This document shows, in pieces, positions 12,444 through 20,488 of a DNA stretch of 49,261 nucleotides. Positions within the stretch are counted from its first letter, which is position 1. Every line of letters starts with the position of its first letter. The DNA is from Candidatus Nanopelagicales bacterium. Lineage in GTDB: Bacteria; Actinomycetota; Actinomycetes; S36-B12; UBA10799. The stretch is taken from assembly GCA_041674545.1 (NCBI GenBank), contig JBAYVO010000002.1, positions 1-49,261 on the forward strand, given 5' to 3'. The translations under genes and the position numbers were made by a program. Below the pieces are notes generated by a model. It did not search any database, was not told the DNA's origin, and saw nothing but the letters and a program-made list of their open reading frames with translations.

Positions 12444-13108
12444 TAACGAACGAGTTCGGGGAGGAGTTTGGCGGCGATACGGCCGGACTGGGCCGCGATT
12501 TGGCGGGGCTTCCCGTCGGCGCCGAGCATGTGGCTGATGACCACACGGATGAGCGTGTCAACGGCGTCGGCGACGTCGCGCTTTGAACTACCGGGCGCGT
12601 TTGCGGAGAACCACGCGCGCAGGGCCTCGTTCGAGGTCGCCATCAACGCTTCCGATCGGGTGGTAACAAAAGGGAGTAGCGAATCAGCGCCACTGGGATC
12701 ACCATTCACGCCCGACGTCAGGATCGCTCGAATAACCGGACTCTTCTGGCCCTCGGTGATCGTGTACGACACAGCCCGCTCGACCGCCTTGATCGGAGTA
12801 TCGCTACTCGCCTCCAAGGCGGCGCCAATCCCCGCCAGGAACCGCTGCACCTCGAACATCACGAGCGCTTCGCCGAAGCCGTCCTTGCTTCCGAACTCCG
12901 CGTACATCGTTGGCCGGCTCACGCCAACCGCTTGCGCAATCTGTCCGATGCGAATCTGATCCCACCGCAATTCGACTAACTGCGCGGCTGCCAACTCCAG
13001 CGCTTGCTCGCGGACCTGTCGCCGGAAGGCAGTATGGGGAGAGTCGGCAACCACGTGGTCATCTTCCACCACCACAGGCCGACGTGCGAATTGACTGCCA
13101 CGATCCAC
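12443..13108 (-). CDS. TetR-family transcriptional regulator
   Basis: N-terminal HTH IGQIAQAVGVSRPTMYAEFGSKDG followed by a helical ligand domain. Start uncertain: GTG 13108, or in-frame GTGs near 13054-13075. Any of these overlaps the 3' end of the upstream gene out of frame. Confidence 0.85.
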   Translation of the reverse strand: MDRGSQFARRPVVVEDDHVVADSPHTAFRRQVREQALELAAAQLVELRWDQIRIGQIAQAVGVSRPTMYAEFGSKDGFGEALVMFEVQRFLAGIGAALEASSDTPIKAVERAVSYTITEGQKSPVIRAILTSGVNGDPSGADSLLPFVTTRSEALMATSNEALRAWFSANAPGSSKRDVADAVDTLIRVVISHMLGADGKPRQIAAQSGRIAAKLLPELVR

Positions 13109-15705
13109 CTACCTGCGTTGGAGACCAGCAGCCACATTCCAATGCCAAAGGCAAGCGAGGCCAGGAACGCAGCGATCTTTGCTTCACCGAACAATGGATA
13201 GATCTGCCAGTGGGTGAGGTAGATAAACAACGAAGCGCCCGCGACGAGTGCCACTACCTTGCCCAGGACAACTGGCACCCGAATTGTCGGCACCAATAAC
13301 AGGAGCGCAAGGCCGACCATCACGACCACTACCCGAGTTGCGTTCTCGGAGTAGCCAGGCAAAGTCGCCAAGACGAGCACGAATACGAGGACGCGATGCT
13401 GCCACGTCTGTGCTTTAGCGATCGCCCAGCCGAGGGCGAAGACAAACAACACCAGCCATGGGGTGTAAATCGCCTTCGGGCCGGTCGCCGTTTCGATCAC
13501 GCCGTAGCGCAGCAGCAACCCGAGTCCCAAGACCACAAGCACGAAGCCAAACGGCCAGCGCTGCTCGGCGCGATGCAGCGCAGGCACCGCCAGGATCATC
13601 ACGCTGAAGATCAACACATAGACCAGCGCTTCAACGAACCAATACCGCCACGCAGCGTTCTCCGAATCAGGCGGCATCACATTGTGCACGAAGAAGACAT
13701 TGGCGAAGCTGTACTCGCTATCAATCAGGACAGCGAGTGCCATCCACAACATGCTCGGAATCACTATCCGGCGGATGCTGACGAGCATCCCTCGAACTCG
13801 TTCCATCCTCGGCGCAGACGTCAGGTGGAAACGGGCGAAGTTGAATCCAGCTATCGCGATCAACAGGTGCGCACCGCCGCGAACATCAAACAACAGGATG
13901 TGCGAGCCGATCACCAGGAACACCGCTATCGCCCGCAAGAGCACATTGGTTTCGACCTGCTGAGTCCACCGTCGCCCTGCTCCGCCCGCGGATCGCGGAG
14001 AAGAGACTATCGGAAGTGCCGTGCCTGCGGCGGACTGCGCGAGCTCGCGGATCGACAACACGTGCCAATTCGGCGGGAGGGTGCGCAACAGTGATTCGAC
14101 GCGAGCGGACAGCTCCACGTAGGACATCGAATCGCCTCGAAGTGACACGAAAGAGGAGTCCTCGGTCGCATCAGCGCGACGCAACACGGTCGCGTATTCC
14201 TTCAGCAGCGCGGAGGTCAGTTGATCCGGACCAACGGCCAATCTCCCTTCGACGGCATCCGCGGCTTCCTCGCACGCGCACGCTTCGATGGCGAGCCTTC
14301 GCAATTCAGCCATGTCGACCTTGCCCGCGGACCCTCGCGGAAGTTCGTCGACCTCCACCACACCGATCGCGCTGGGAGCAATACCCGCAGCATCGGCTGT
14401 CAGACGCCGGACGAGCTCGCTGTCGATCGTCGAGCACTGGCCGTCGATTGCTACTACTAGGCGCTCATTAGCGTCATCGGACAAATCACCAGCAGCAAGC
14501 GAGAAGCAGGTCACAACAAGGTCGTGCTCGGCCAGACGCACCTCGACCTGCTGGAGGTCAATGCGCTTGCCAAATACCTTCGCGAAGCGCGCACGCCGAC
14601 CCACGACCTCGTAGAGTCCATCGGCAGTCACGCGCGCTAGGTCGCCGGTGCGCAGTTCGGTGATACTGCAGCCAAGCGCGAGATCGCTCGCGGTGATTGC
14701 GTAGCCCAGCATTACGTTGTCGCCGGTGTACACCAGTTCACCCACGTCTGGGGTTGTCGCCTCCTCGACGGGCTCCAGCCGTAATTCGCCCCCCGGCACC
14801 GGGATTCCGATGGCTTCGGGGAAGTCGACAGCAAGGTCCGGCGGCAGGTAGGCCATGCGAGCAGTAGCCTCCGTCTGGCCATACATGACGAAGAAGTCCC
14901 AGCCGCTGCGTTGCCCCAGTTGAGCCAACGATCGCACTCGCTCGGGCGCCAACCGCCCGCCCGCTTGCGTGACGTAGCGCAGGCGAGGCAGGTCCATGTC
15001 CGCAAAGCCGATTCGGTCGAGCAGATCGAACGAATACGGAACGCCAGCAAACGTTGTGGCACCGGATCGGCGAAACAGCGTCCAAAAGCACTCGTCAACC
15101 ACCGACAGCTCCGTCAGCACAATGCCTGCGCCACGACTGAGGTGGCTGTTGATGACCGACAGGCCGTAGCAGTAGCCCATCGGTAGCGAGGTCGCCGCAC
15201 GATCGGTATCGCGGATCTGCAGATACTCGGCGATCGAGTGAGCGTTTGCGTCAAGGTTGCGGTGCGATAGACGAACCAACTTGGGCGATCCCGTTGAGCC
15301 AGACGTACTCAGTAGCAGCGCAAGTTCCGGGTTGAGTTCGTGACTCGACACGTTGCGGTGGTTGTGGAGTTGCCCAGTTGAGTCGATCACGACATCGGGG
15401 TCGTACCCGTCGACAATTCCGGCAAGGCTGCGCTCCGAGTCGCCCGGAAGCAGAATGACGGGGTTGCCTGACTGCAGCGCAGCGAGGTACCAAACGAGCG
15501 AGTCAATAGTGTTCGTTGCCGCCAGGGCAACGAGCCGACGTTCCCCACCAAGGTGACGAGCAGCACTGTCAACCCGCGTTGCCAGTTCCGCATAGCTGAG
15601 GACTTCATCGTCCGTCATCACCGCAACCCGGTCGCCGAAAGCGGCGAGGTGGTCCACAAATTGGACCGACTTGCGGTCGAGTGGTGTGGAGATCGGTGGA
15701 GTCAC
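12976..15705 (-). CDS. Tri-domain fusion: adenylation (AMP-binding) domain - carrier (PCP/ACP) domain - acyltransferase-3 (AT3) polytopic membrane domain
   Basis: 909 aa. A-domain core motifs LLSTSGSTGSPKLV, YGQTE, TGDLA, GKVD. Carrier motif FVSLRGDSMSYVEL (Ser attachment site). About 340 aa of C-terminal multi-TM sequence with AT3-like start VETNVLLRAIAVFLVIGSH...FNFARF. GTG start. Confidence 0.85.
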   Translation of the reverse strand: MTPPISTPLDRKSVQFVDHLAAFGDRVAVMTDDEVLSYAELATRVDSAARHLGGERRLVALAATNTIDSLVWYLAALQSGNPVILLPGDSERSLAGIVDGYDPDVVIDSTGQLHNHRNVSSHELNPELALLLSTSGSTGSPKLVRLSHRNLDANAHSIAEYLQIRDTDRAATSLPMGYCYGLSVINSHLSRGAGIVLTELSVVDECFWTLFRRSGATTFAGVPYSFDLLDRIGFADMDLPRLRYVTQAGGRLAPERVRSLAQLGQRSGWDFFVMYGQTEATARMAYLPPDLAVDFPEAIGIPVPGGELRLEPVEEATTPDVGELVYTGDNVMLGYAITASDLALGCSITELRTGDLARVTADGLYEVVGRRARFAKVFGKRIDLQQVEVRLAEHDLVVTCFSLAAGDLSDDANERLVVAIDGQCSTIDSELVRRLTADAAGIAPSAIGVVEVDELPRGSAGKVDMAELRRLAIEACACEEAADAVEGRLAVGPDQLTSALLKEYATVLRRADATEDSSFVSLRGDSMSYVELSARVESLLRTLPPNWHVLSIRELAQSAAGTALPIVSSPRSAGGAGRRWTQQVETNVLLRAIAVFLVIGSHILLFDVRGGAHLLIAIAGFNFARFHLTSAPRMERVRGMLVSIRRIVIPSMLWMALAVLIDSEYSFANVFFVHNVMPPDSENAAWRYWFVEALVYVLIFSVMILAVPALHRAEQRWPFGFVLVVLGLGLLLRYGVIETATGPKAIYTPWLVLFVFALGWAIAKAQTWQHRVLVFVLVLATLPGYSENATRVVVVMVGLALLLLVPTIRVPVVLGKVVALVAGASLFIYLTHWQIYPLFGEAKIAAFLASLAFGIGMWLLVSNAGRWIVAVNSHVGLWWWKMTTWLPTLPILPSGDRSASKRWSWQPRS

Positions 15706-15759
15706 GATCTACCAGTCTACGTATTAGGTAAGGCTTGCCGTATTTAGGGTTTCCTGTCC

Positions 15760-16494
15760 TTACTGCGCAGCCGGGTCGTCCGCTTCCCGGCGAACCAGCT
15801 TCGCGGGCCAATGAGGCGTCACGGTGTAGATATCGTCGGCCATCGCAACAGCTTCATCCTCGTCGTGAGTCACCAAGATCACTCCTGCCCCGAGGTTCAC
15901 AAGCAGTTCTCGCACCTGCAAACGAAGCTCGCTGCGTAGCTGACTGTCTAACGCAGAGAATGGTTCGTCGAGTAGCACTGTCTGCGGTCGGCGGGCCAGT
16001 GCGCGAGCAAGCGCGACCCGCTGCTGCATTCCACCGCTGAGTTGATGGGGCGAGAGCTTCTGGGTGCCGGGCAAGCTCACGAGGTCGAGGAGTTCCTCGA
16101 TGCGTTCGTCAGCGAGGAGCCGTTGCGCCCTACTTCGCCGCGGCAACCCAAACCCGACATTGCCCGCGACGTTGAGGTGGGGGAACAAGGCGCCTTCCTG
16201 AGGCACAAGTCCCACGTTGCGCTTCTCTGGCGGGAGGTAGGTGCTGTCACCGCTGACCACTGTTCCGCTGAGCGTGATGCTGCCCGCCGACGGACGTATG
16301 AATCCGGCAACTGCCCTGAGCAGGGTCGTCTTTCCTGATCCACTCGGGCCTAGTACCGCCGCGACTCTGGCATTCTCGACCGTCAAATCTGTCTGCGCTA
16401 GCACCGGAGTTAACCCATAGCCGAGTGTTACTCCAACGACGGCAACTGCGGGCGACGCCAGCGTCGACGCAGTGTCACTTTCAACTGCCATCAT
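15760..16494 (-). CDS. ABC transporter ATP-binding protein (Fe(III)/FbpC-like importer ATPase)
   Basis: Walker A GPSGSGKTT, signature LSGGMQQR, Walker B VLLDEP. ATG 16494 overlaps the permease stop as ATGA. Confidence 0.9.
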   Translation of the reverse strand: MMAVESDTASTLASPAVAVVGVTLGYGLTPVLAQTDLTVENARVAAVLGPSGSGKTTLLRAVAGFIRPSAGSITLSGTVVSGDSTYLPPEKRNVGLVPQEGALFPHLNVAGNVGFGLPRRSRAQRLLADERIEELLDLVSLPGTQKLSPHQLSGGMQQRVALARALARRPQTVLLDEPFSALDSQLRSELRLQVRELLVNLGAGVILVTHDEDEAVAMADDIYTVTPHWPAKLVRREADDPAAQ

Positions 16495-18080
16495 CGTGCC
16501 ACCACCTCCCACCGCGTCGCGTCGCTATGCGCGGCCGGGCCTGACGGCCCATCTACGCGTTCCTTCGACGCTCTCACGAGGGGTACAGCCAAGACAAATG
16601 CGGGGATCGCGCCGATTGCAATGAGTGAGAGCGAATAGGGCGCGGCCGCCGCGTAGGCACCGACCTCCGACAGCGACCACAGCCGAGTAGCCAGCGTGTT
16701 CTCCCCTGTTGGGCGAAGCATCAAAGTGGCCGGGAGTTCCTTCATGACGGTGAGGAGGACGAGCAGCGCACCCGCGGCGATCCCCGGTGATGCGAGCCGC
16801 ATCGTCACGCGGATGAACGTCTGTGCGGGTGAGTAACCCAAAGTGCGCGCGACGTCTTCCAGTACCGGCGGCACCGTGGCGACTGATCCTCGGACAGCTG
16901 CCGCGGCTTTGGGAAGGAAGAGCACCCCGTAGGCAAACCCGAGCAGCGCAACAGTCTGGTAGAGACCGGGAACCAATCGGGTGCCCACAAAGACGATGCT
17001 CAGCCCCACAACCACCCCCGGCAACGCGTGGCCGACAAACGAGAACCGTTCGAGGCCTCGCGAGAGCCGAGATGGGTAGCGACCAGCAAGCAGTCCGACA
17101 GGCAGTGCCAAAGCCAACGCGACGACCATCCCGATGGTTCCGTACCAAGCAGATGTCAGCGCGGCGGTCACCAGATCTGCCGTATCGAGCGCGGCGCTGG
17201 TGCCCTCTACAAGTTGTCGAAGAGTGGACGAGATCGGCACGATAAGTCCAACAACCACCACTGCGGTGAGCAACGCGTAGGCGGGAATCCGCCAGGCGCC
17301 GAGGCTACTCGGCGGAGGCTGCCGCGGCGCGGACGTCGCCAGGCGCGAGCGCTGTGCGCGGCCGCGAGCACGTTGCTCGACTGCAACGACCAGCATCGCC
17401 AACAGCGCGAGCAGGAGCGCCAGCATTGCCGCAGACGACCGGTCGAAGGAACTCCGATAGGACGCAAAGATCGCCCGCGAGAGGGTGTCGACGCGCAGGA
17501 TCGATACCGCCCCAAAGTCGCTGAGGACGTACAACGCAACGAGGAGTGCGCCACCTCCAACCGCAGGCCAAATCTGTGGCAGTGCCGCGCGTAGAAACGC
17601 TGGGACTGCCCGCAATCCCAGCGTTCTCGCCACTTCTTCGTGGGCCGGATCGATGCTGCGCAGCGCAGCGGCCGTCGGCAGGATGACGTAGGGAAGCGTT
17701 ACGGCGGTGAAGACCAACCACGCCGCCCAGAATCCGGAGAATCCGGGGAACATGGACACCCAGGCGAACGCCCCCACAAAACTCGGAACGGCGAGTGGCA
17801 GCACGACGAGAACGATCCACAGACGCCGCAAGCGGAGCGCCGACCGAACAACGAGCCAGGCAACGGGAACACCAATCCCGACAGTGGTGAGTGCCACCAA
17901 GAAAGACAGCGACAGTGACGTTGCGGCCGCGTGCCAGACGGACGGCTGCGAGAACACCGTCTGTGCCGTTGTCGTTCCACCCTCGATTGCCCGAATCGCG
18001 AGGTAGACCACCGGCACACACACCACCACGGCCACTACCCCTGCGAGCAGGAGGAGCAGCCGTGGGGCGCGTGCGATCAA
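16491..18080 (-). CDS. ABC transporter permease, duplicated (two-module) FbpB-type
   Basis: 529 aa and about 12 TM. Two internal permease repeats, each with an EAA-like loop (EEVARTLG..., EDVARTLG...). The TTG start overlaps the upstream stop (TTGA), so the start is uncertain. Confidence 0.88.
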   Translation of the reverse strand: MIARAPRLLLLLAGVVAVVVCVPVVYLAIRAIEGGTTTAQTVFSQPSVWHAAATSLSLSFLVALTTVGIGVPVAWLVVRSALRLRRLWIVLVVLPLAVPSFVGAFAWVSMFPGFSGFWAAWLVFTAVTLPYVILPTAAALRSIDPAHEEVARTLGLRAVPAFLRAALPQIWPAVGGGALLVALYVLSDFGAVSILRVDTLSRAIFASYRSSFDRSSAAMLALLLALLAMLVVAVEQRARGRAQRSRLATSAPRQPPPSSLGAWRIPAYALLTAVVVVGLIVPISSTLRQLVEGTSAALDTADLVTAALTSAWYGTIGMVVALALALPVGLLAGRYPSRLSRGLERFSFVGHALPGVVVGLSIVFVGTRLVPGLYQTVALLGFAYGVLFLPKAAAAVRGSVATVPPVLEDVARTLGYSPAQTFIRVTMRLASPGIAAGALLVLLTVMKELPATLMLRPTGENTLATRLWSLSEVGAYAAAAPYSLSLIAIGAIPAFVLAVPLVRASKERVDGPSGPAAHSDATRWEVVAR

Positions 18081-19093
18081 ATCAGTCCGACGGAACGCAG
18101 CATCGCTTGCGTGCCGGGCAAGTCGCTGAGGTCATTGAGCTTGACCGGTGGGCTTTGCAAGCTCGACAGCGGCGGCGATCCGTTGGGTCCTGGGACACCT
18201 GGAAGCAGTGGGTATTCGAACGTTTCGGTCGCAAAGTAGGTTTGCGAGTCGGTGTTCAACAAGAAGGCGAGCAGCTTCTCCGCATTGGCGTTCGTTGCGT
18301 TCGAGGCAGTCAACCCGGCGGCAGCAACGTTGACCAATGACCCCGGATCACCAGGAGAGGTGAAGGCTTGGGTGGCCTTCATGTTCTGCGCGCCGCCCTT
18401 TTCTTTGGCGATCTGGAACCAGTAGTAGTGGTTTACCAGGCCAATTCCAAGGGCACCGTCGTTGATCGCGTTCACGATGGCGACGTTGTTCTCAAACTTC
18501 TGGGCGCCATTGGCGACGATGCCCTCGAGCCATGCCTCCGTCTTGGCGTCACCCTCGGTCATGCGCATCGCGGTGACGAACGATTGGAAGCTCGCATTGG
18601 TTGGCGCGATTCCAAGCTGGCCCTTGTATTCGGGCTTCACGAGGTCGTAGACAGTTTTTGGTGGCTTCGCGACGATTGTCGAGTTGTAGACAATCGAGCG
18701 AGCCCGTGCGGAAATCCCAGTCCACTGGGTCGTGCGGTAGACCTCGGGGACGGTGGTGGCAACGCTGGCGGGCAGCGGCGCAAGGAGGTTCGCCTTCTCA
18801 AGCGCTCCGATCGCACCGGCATCCTGGGAGAAGAAGACCTGCGCTGGGGTGTTCGACCCTTCTTCAGCAATCTGAGCGGAGAGCTCTGCCGAGTCCCCGT
18901 AGCGCACGTTGAGTTGCACACCGGTTTGTTCAGTGAACTTGTCGTACAGCGGCTTTACGAGCTTCTCGGACCGCCCGGAATAGACCGTCAGGCTGTTCTC
19001 ATCTGATGAAGACGACGACGAACAGGCGGCAAGTCCGACCATGGCAATAGCGGTAACACTGCTCGCAACGAGCAGCTTCTTTAGTGACTTCAC
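18077..19093 (-). CDS. Fe(III)-type ABC substrate-binding lipoprotein (FbpA/AfuA-like)
   Basis: Lipoprotein signal VKSLKKLLVASSVTAIAMVGLAAC from GTG 19093, with GGGGGAG 6 nt upstream. Body is a periplasmic-binding-protein fold sequence (LTVYSGRSEKLV...). The track ORF extends to 19207. Confidence 0.85.
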   Translation of the reverse strand: MKSLKKLLVASSVTAIAMVGLAACSSSSSSDENSLTVYSGRSEKLVKPLYDKFTEQTGVQLNVRYGDSAELSAQIAEEGSNTPAQVFFSQDAGAIGALEKANLLAPLPASVATTVPEVYRTTQWTGISARARSIVYNSTIVAKPPKTVYDLVKPEYKGQLGIAPTNASFQSFVTAMRMTEGDAKTEAWLEGIVANGAQKFENNVAIVNAINDGALGIGLVNHYYWFQIAKEKGGAQNMKATQAFTSPGDPGSLVNVAAAGLTASNATNANAEKLLAFLLNTDSQTYFATETFEYPLLPGVPGPNGSPPLSSLQSPPVKLNDLSDLPGTQAMLRSVGLI

Positions 19094-19112
19094 AAATACT
19101 CCCCCAGAGACA

Positions 19113-19131
19113 TTAGGCATGCCTAAGCTAA
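19113..19131. promoter_or_regulatory. IdeR/DtxR-type iron box upstream of the Fe ABC operon
   Basis: TTAGGCATGCCTAAGCTAA matches 15 of 19 positions of the consensus TTAGGTTAGCCTAACCTAA as I recall it. Contains the perfect 14-bp palindrome TTAGGCATGCCTAA. Lies 20-38 nt upstream of the GTG start. Confidence 0.5.
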
Positions 19132-19213
19132 CCGATTGCCTCTGGCGGGCATAGATCCGGGGTGAAACTGCCCGTGCAGACTTCCTGTCACGCGGGCGGC
19201 AACCCACCCAGGG

Positions 19214-20386
19214 TTAGTAAGGGGCGCCGACCGCTTTCGCCCAATCCGAATCAACGTGGAACGCACCGTCGGACACGCTCGTGACGACCACCGTCGCGGG
19301 TTCGCGGTTTCCGGTGTCAGCATCGAGACTGACCGATCCCGTCCATCCCTGCCACTCCGAAACGCTTCCCAGATAGCTCGTTAGTTGAGCAGCATCCCAA
19401 CCGTTGTTCTCCTTAACCCCAGCGAGCAGGAGGTTCAATGAGTCATAGGTGTAGGGGCTCCAGGTCCCTGGCGGGGCGCTGAACATGTCTTGGAAAGCAG
19501 TGACCTTTGCGGCAGAGTCAGGGAAGTCAGCCGGAGCGGGGACTCCGACTACGTCACAGCGCGGAGCCACCGAGGCACCCGCATCTTGGATGTAGCCGTT
19601 GTCGTAGGAGGCATAGTCCAGCAGGCATCGGTAGTTGGTCGAGCCCGCCTTGCGCGGTGTGATCTCGGTGGCGATGGTGGCGCCCTCGGGGTAGTAGACG
19701 GCCGAGTAGATCATGTCCGGCTTCTGTGCCTGCGCGGCCTGCAGTTGCGTCGCGTAGCTCGACTGACCTGGGGTGATGGCCTGGTAGCTCGTCACTTTGA
19801 CGCCGACCTTCTCCAAGTCCTTCTTCACCGCTGCCGACGTCGACACGGTGTAGTTCTGCGTCGAGTCGTACAGAATCGCCACCGACTTGGCGCCGTAGAA
19901 GCCGTACAACGCGGTCGCGGTGACTGGTGCAATCTGGCTCGTCATGGGCTGCAATGTGAAGCCCATTCCTTCGGTCGAGTTGTCCGAGGTTAAGCGCATC
20001 GGAACGAGTCCCGCCTTCTCGTACAACGGCAGCGTTTGCGAGCCGACACTGGAGTTGTACGGACCTATCACGCCGTTGAGGTCATTAGCGATCGCGGTAT
20101 TGGCGGCGGCAACTCCGGTTGCTGCGTCAGCGGCATCGTCGATTTGGACGATCTCGACGTTCTTGCCGGCCACCCCGCCTGCCTTGTTCACTTCGTCGGC
20201 GGCGAGCAGCGCACCCTGCAACATGCCTTGACCAAGCGTCGCTTGATCACCGGTCAGGGGCGCTTCAAGGCCAACCTTCCAGGTGTCGGCGGGGCTGCTC
20301 GTGCTCGCCGAACTGCAGGCACCTAGCCCGACAGCAATGACGAATGCACCCGCAAGGGCGCCCATCGTTTTGGTCCCGCGATTCAT
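19214..20386 (-). CDS. LivJ-like (branched-chain amino acid / amide type) substrate-binding lipoprotein, orphan
   Basis: Lipobox VGLGAC. LEAPLTGDQATLGQGMLQGALLAADEVNKAGGV is typical of type-I PBP LivJ family. No cognate permease or ATPase adjacent. Confidence 0.8.
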   Translation of the reverse strand: MNRGTKTMGALAGAFVIAVGLGACSSASTSSPADTWKVGLEAPLTGDQATLGQGMLQGALLAADEVNKAGGVAGKNVEIVQIDDAADAATGVAAANTAIANDLNGVIGPYNSSVGSQTLPLYEKAGLVPMRLTSDNSTEGMGFTLQPMTSQIAPVTATALYGFYGAKSVAILYDSTQNYTVSTSAAVKKDLEKVGVKVTSYQAITPGQSSYATQLQAAQAQKPDMIYSAVYYPEGATIATEITPRKAGSTNYRCLLDYASYDNGYIQDAGASVAPRCDVVGVPAPADFPDSAAKVTAFQDMFSAPPGTWSPYTYDSLNLLLAGVKENNGWDAAQLTSYLGSVSEWQGWTGSVSLDADTGNREPATVVVTSVSDGAFHVDSDWAKAVGAPY

Positions 20387-20488
20387 AGCATCACCCGTCA
20401 GTCGAAGATCCTCCCGCCGAGAGTATCCCTGCGTTCAGGGTGGAGTCCTTGTCGAACAACCCGGCCGGTCCATTGACCAGTCCGACGG

